From positions 58,094,001 to 58,158,000 of the forward strand of contig CM068745.1 in NCBI GenBank assembly GCA_035084275.1: a stretch of DNA of 64,000 nt, written 5' to 3'. The notes under the pieces are model-generated. The model was not told the DNA's origin, ran no database searches, and saw nothing but the letters and a program-made list of their open reading frames with translations. Made by a program: the position numbers and the translations under genes. This stretch comes from Hydrolagus colliei (Eukaryota). Below, in pieces: positions 62,641-64,000 of the stretch. Position 1 is the stretch's first letter. Every line of letters starts with the position of its first letter.

Positions 62641-62879
62641 GTTTAGATAAACTTCCCATATGCATGAATTCAGATTTGTACTTTGAAGTCTTCTTATTGG
62701 TAGATTAATTGGAAAAAAACTCAAACATCTTCAAGTTACCTATAGGTAACTTATCATTTGTTCTGTACACACTACAGATGTAATTGAAGCAATTCCTGCT
62801 AAATGAGACTCTGGCGACATAATATTTGCAAAGCAACAGTGCCTCAGTCTGGATTTACTACTCAAGTGTTCAATTAAAA

Positions 62880-62946
62880 TTTGAAAGCTCAGAGATGCCG
62901 TCTGGCGTGGAGGGCACTATATAAATCTGAGTGGTTGTTGTTGTTG
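62880..62946 (+). mobile_element. L2 tail-only insertion
   Basis: GAGATGCCGTCTGGCGTGGAGGGCACTATATAAAT..(TTG)n. Confidence 0.8.
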
Positions 62947-63805
62947 ATCCAATCAGAAATTTAAATTCTTAATTTTCTTGAAGCAATTTTCAGTTGGGAT
63001 TTCACATGTTTTCAAGTATACTGGATTGGTCATAATGCCATGGTTCCACTATTTTTAAAAGCAATTCAGAATCCTCTTTGAGGAATGCAAGTGAAACAAT
63101 GATTGCAGAAGGACAGACTTGCTTAATTGCAGAGATCAGAGCACAGTTTTCTAGAGGGAAGCTAAAATGCATACTCGTGCTGTTAATTATGCCACTTCTG
63201 AAACCATAAATGGGCAACTCTGTATAGTTGCAGAGTTATATATATATATATAAACTATATATACTGTATAGTATAGTCACATGTATAGTGACAGAACGTT
63301 TGAAAGTCACAGCCATCAGACTGCAGGGTGGGGTAAATACAAACCATCACACCTTTACTTGCAAATTCTCACTTCCATAAGTCTTCAGAATTCAAGAATT
63401 GTATGATGCGTATAGAAAGCAACTGCTTCAAGAGGCTGGCCTTCACTTCGATCCTAAGTGCAAATGTTTCACATAGATCACCACTCACTATCTTGTGCCT
63501 CCACTGGATAACGCAATTAGAATGCTAATATAAAATAAATAATAAGACTGCCTGGAGCTATCAACCACGTCTGGAACAAGTCAAGGAAACCATTAAATGA
63601 CATCATATAACTTGAAAGGGAGGAGTGTTGACATCATAAAGAATATCACTTCTCCATGAATATATATTCCTCTCCATGAATATATATGGTTTATACAATT
63701 CAAAAGAGTTTTGAAAGTTTCCAGGTTCATAAAACAAGTTGAACGTTAAATCTTATGTACTGTATATAAGAATTTGCGAGGCGAAAAAAGACCAAGGCAT
63801 ATCTC

Positions 63806-64000
63806 CAACAACAAAATTAATTGGTATAGCCCCTTTCATGTCATGAGGATTACCTAAGGCACTGGACAGCCAATGTTTCAGACCTGAGCTGGGTTCAGAA
63901 TTGGGGTCAATTGGTAGGGTGTTAGGAGTTCGCAGAGGTAAAGTGGGGCAAGGACATGGAGAGCGTTGAAGGTGAGGACCAGGATTTTGAATTTAATCTT
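63806..64000 (-). mobile_element. L2 3' end, running off the window
   Basis: (CAA) tail and GAAGGTGAGGACCAGGATTTTGAATT (reverse complement of FKILVLTF). Confidence 0.8.

Overview
Eukaryotic, AT-rich, repeat-dense non-coding DNA (large intron or intergenic). The repeat repertoire points to a cartilaginous fish, plausibly a holocephalan such as elephant shark or chimaera; this is an inference. The repertoire comprises L2 LINEs with (TTG)n tails, CR1 LINEs, a tRNA-headed SINE, SacSINE1-like Deu-domain SINEs and shark-type Penelope terminal repeats. No host protein-coding exon could be recognised with confidence; most supplied ORFs are TE fragments, low-complexity artefacts or chance ORFs. Notable items: (1) a degenerate non-LTR retrotransposon of a different clade (RTE/RTEX-like RT, 48.6-52.0 kb), split by a CR1 that is itself split by a MITE; (2) a minimal hammerhead-ribozyme motif in a Penelope-like repeat; (3) a Tigger-like MITE carrying a GC-rich leader, a Kozak ATG and a 12-codon mini-exon with a splice donor; (4) two copies of a non-autonomous hAT element with a G-rich minisatellite; (5) an orphan CR1 ORF1 esterase fragment inside a SINE; (6) several nested insertions with readable target-site duplications. 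Family names come from motif recognition, not database searches, and boundaries of old fragments are approximate.
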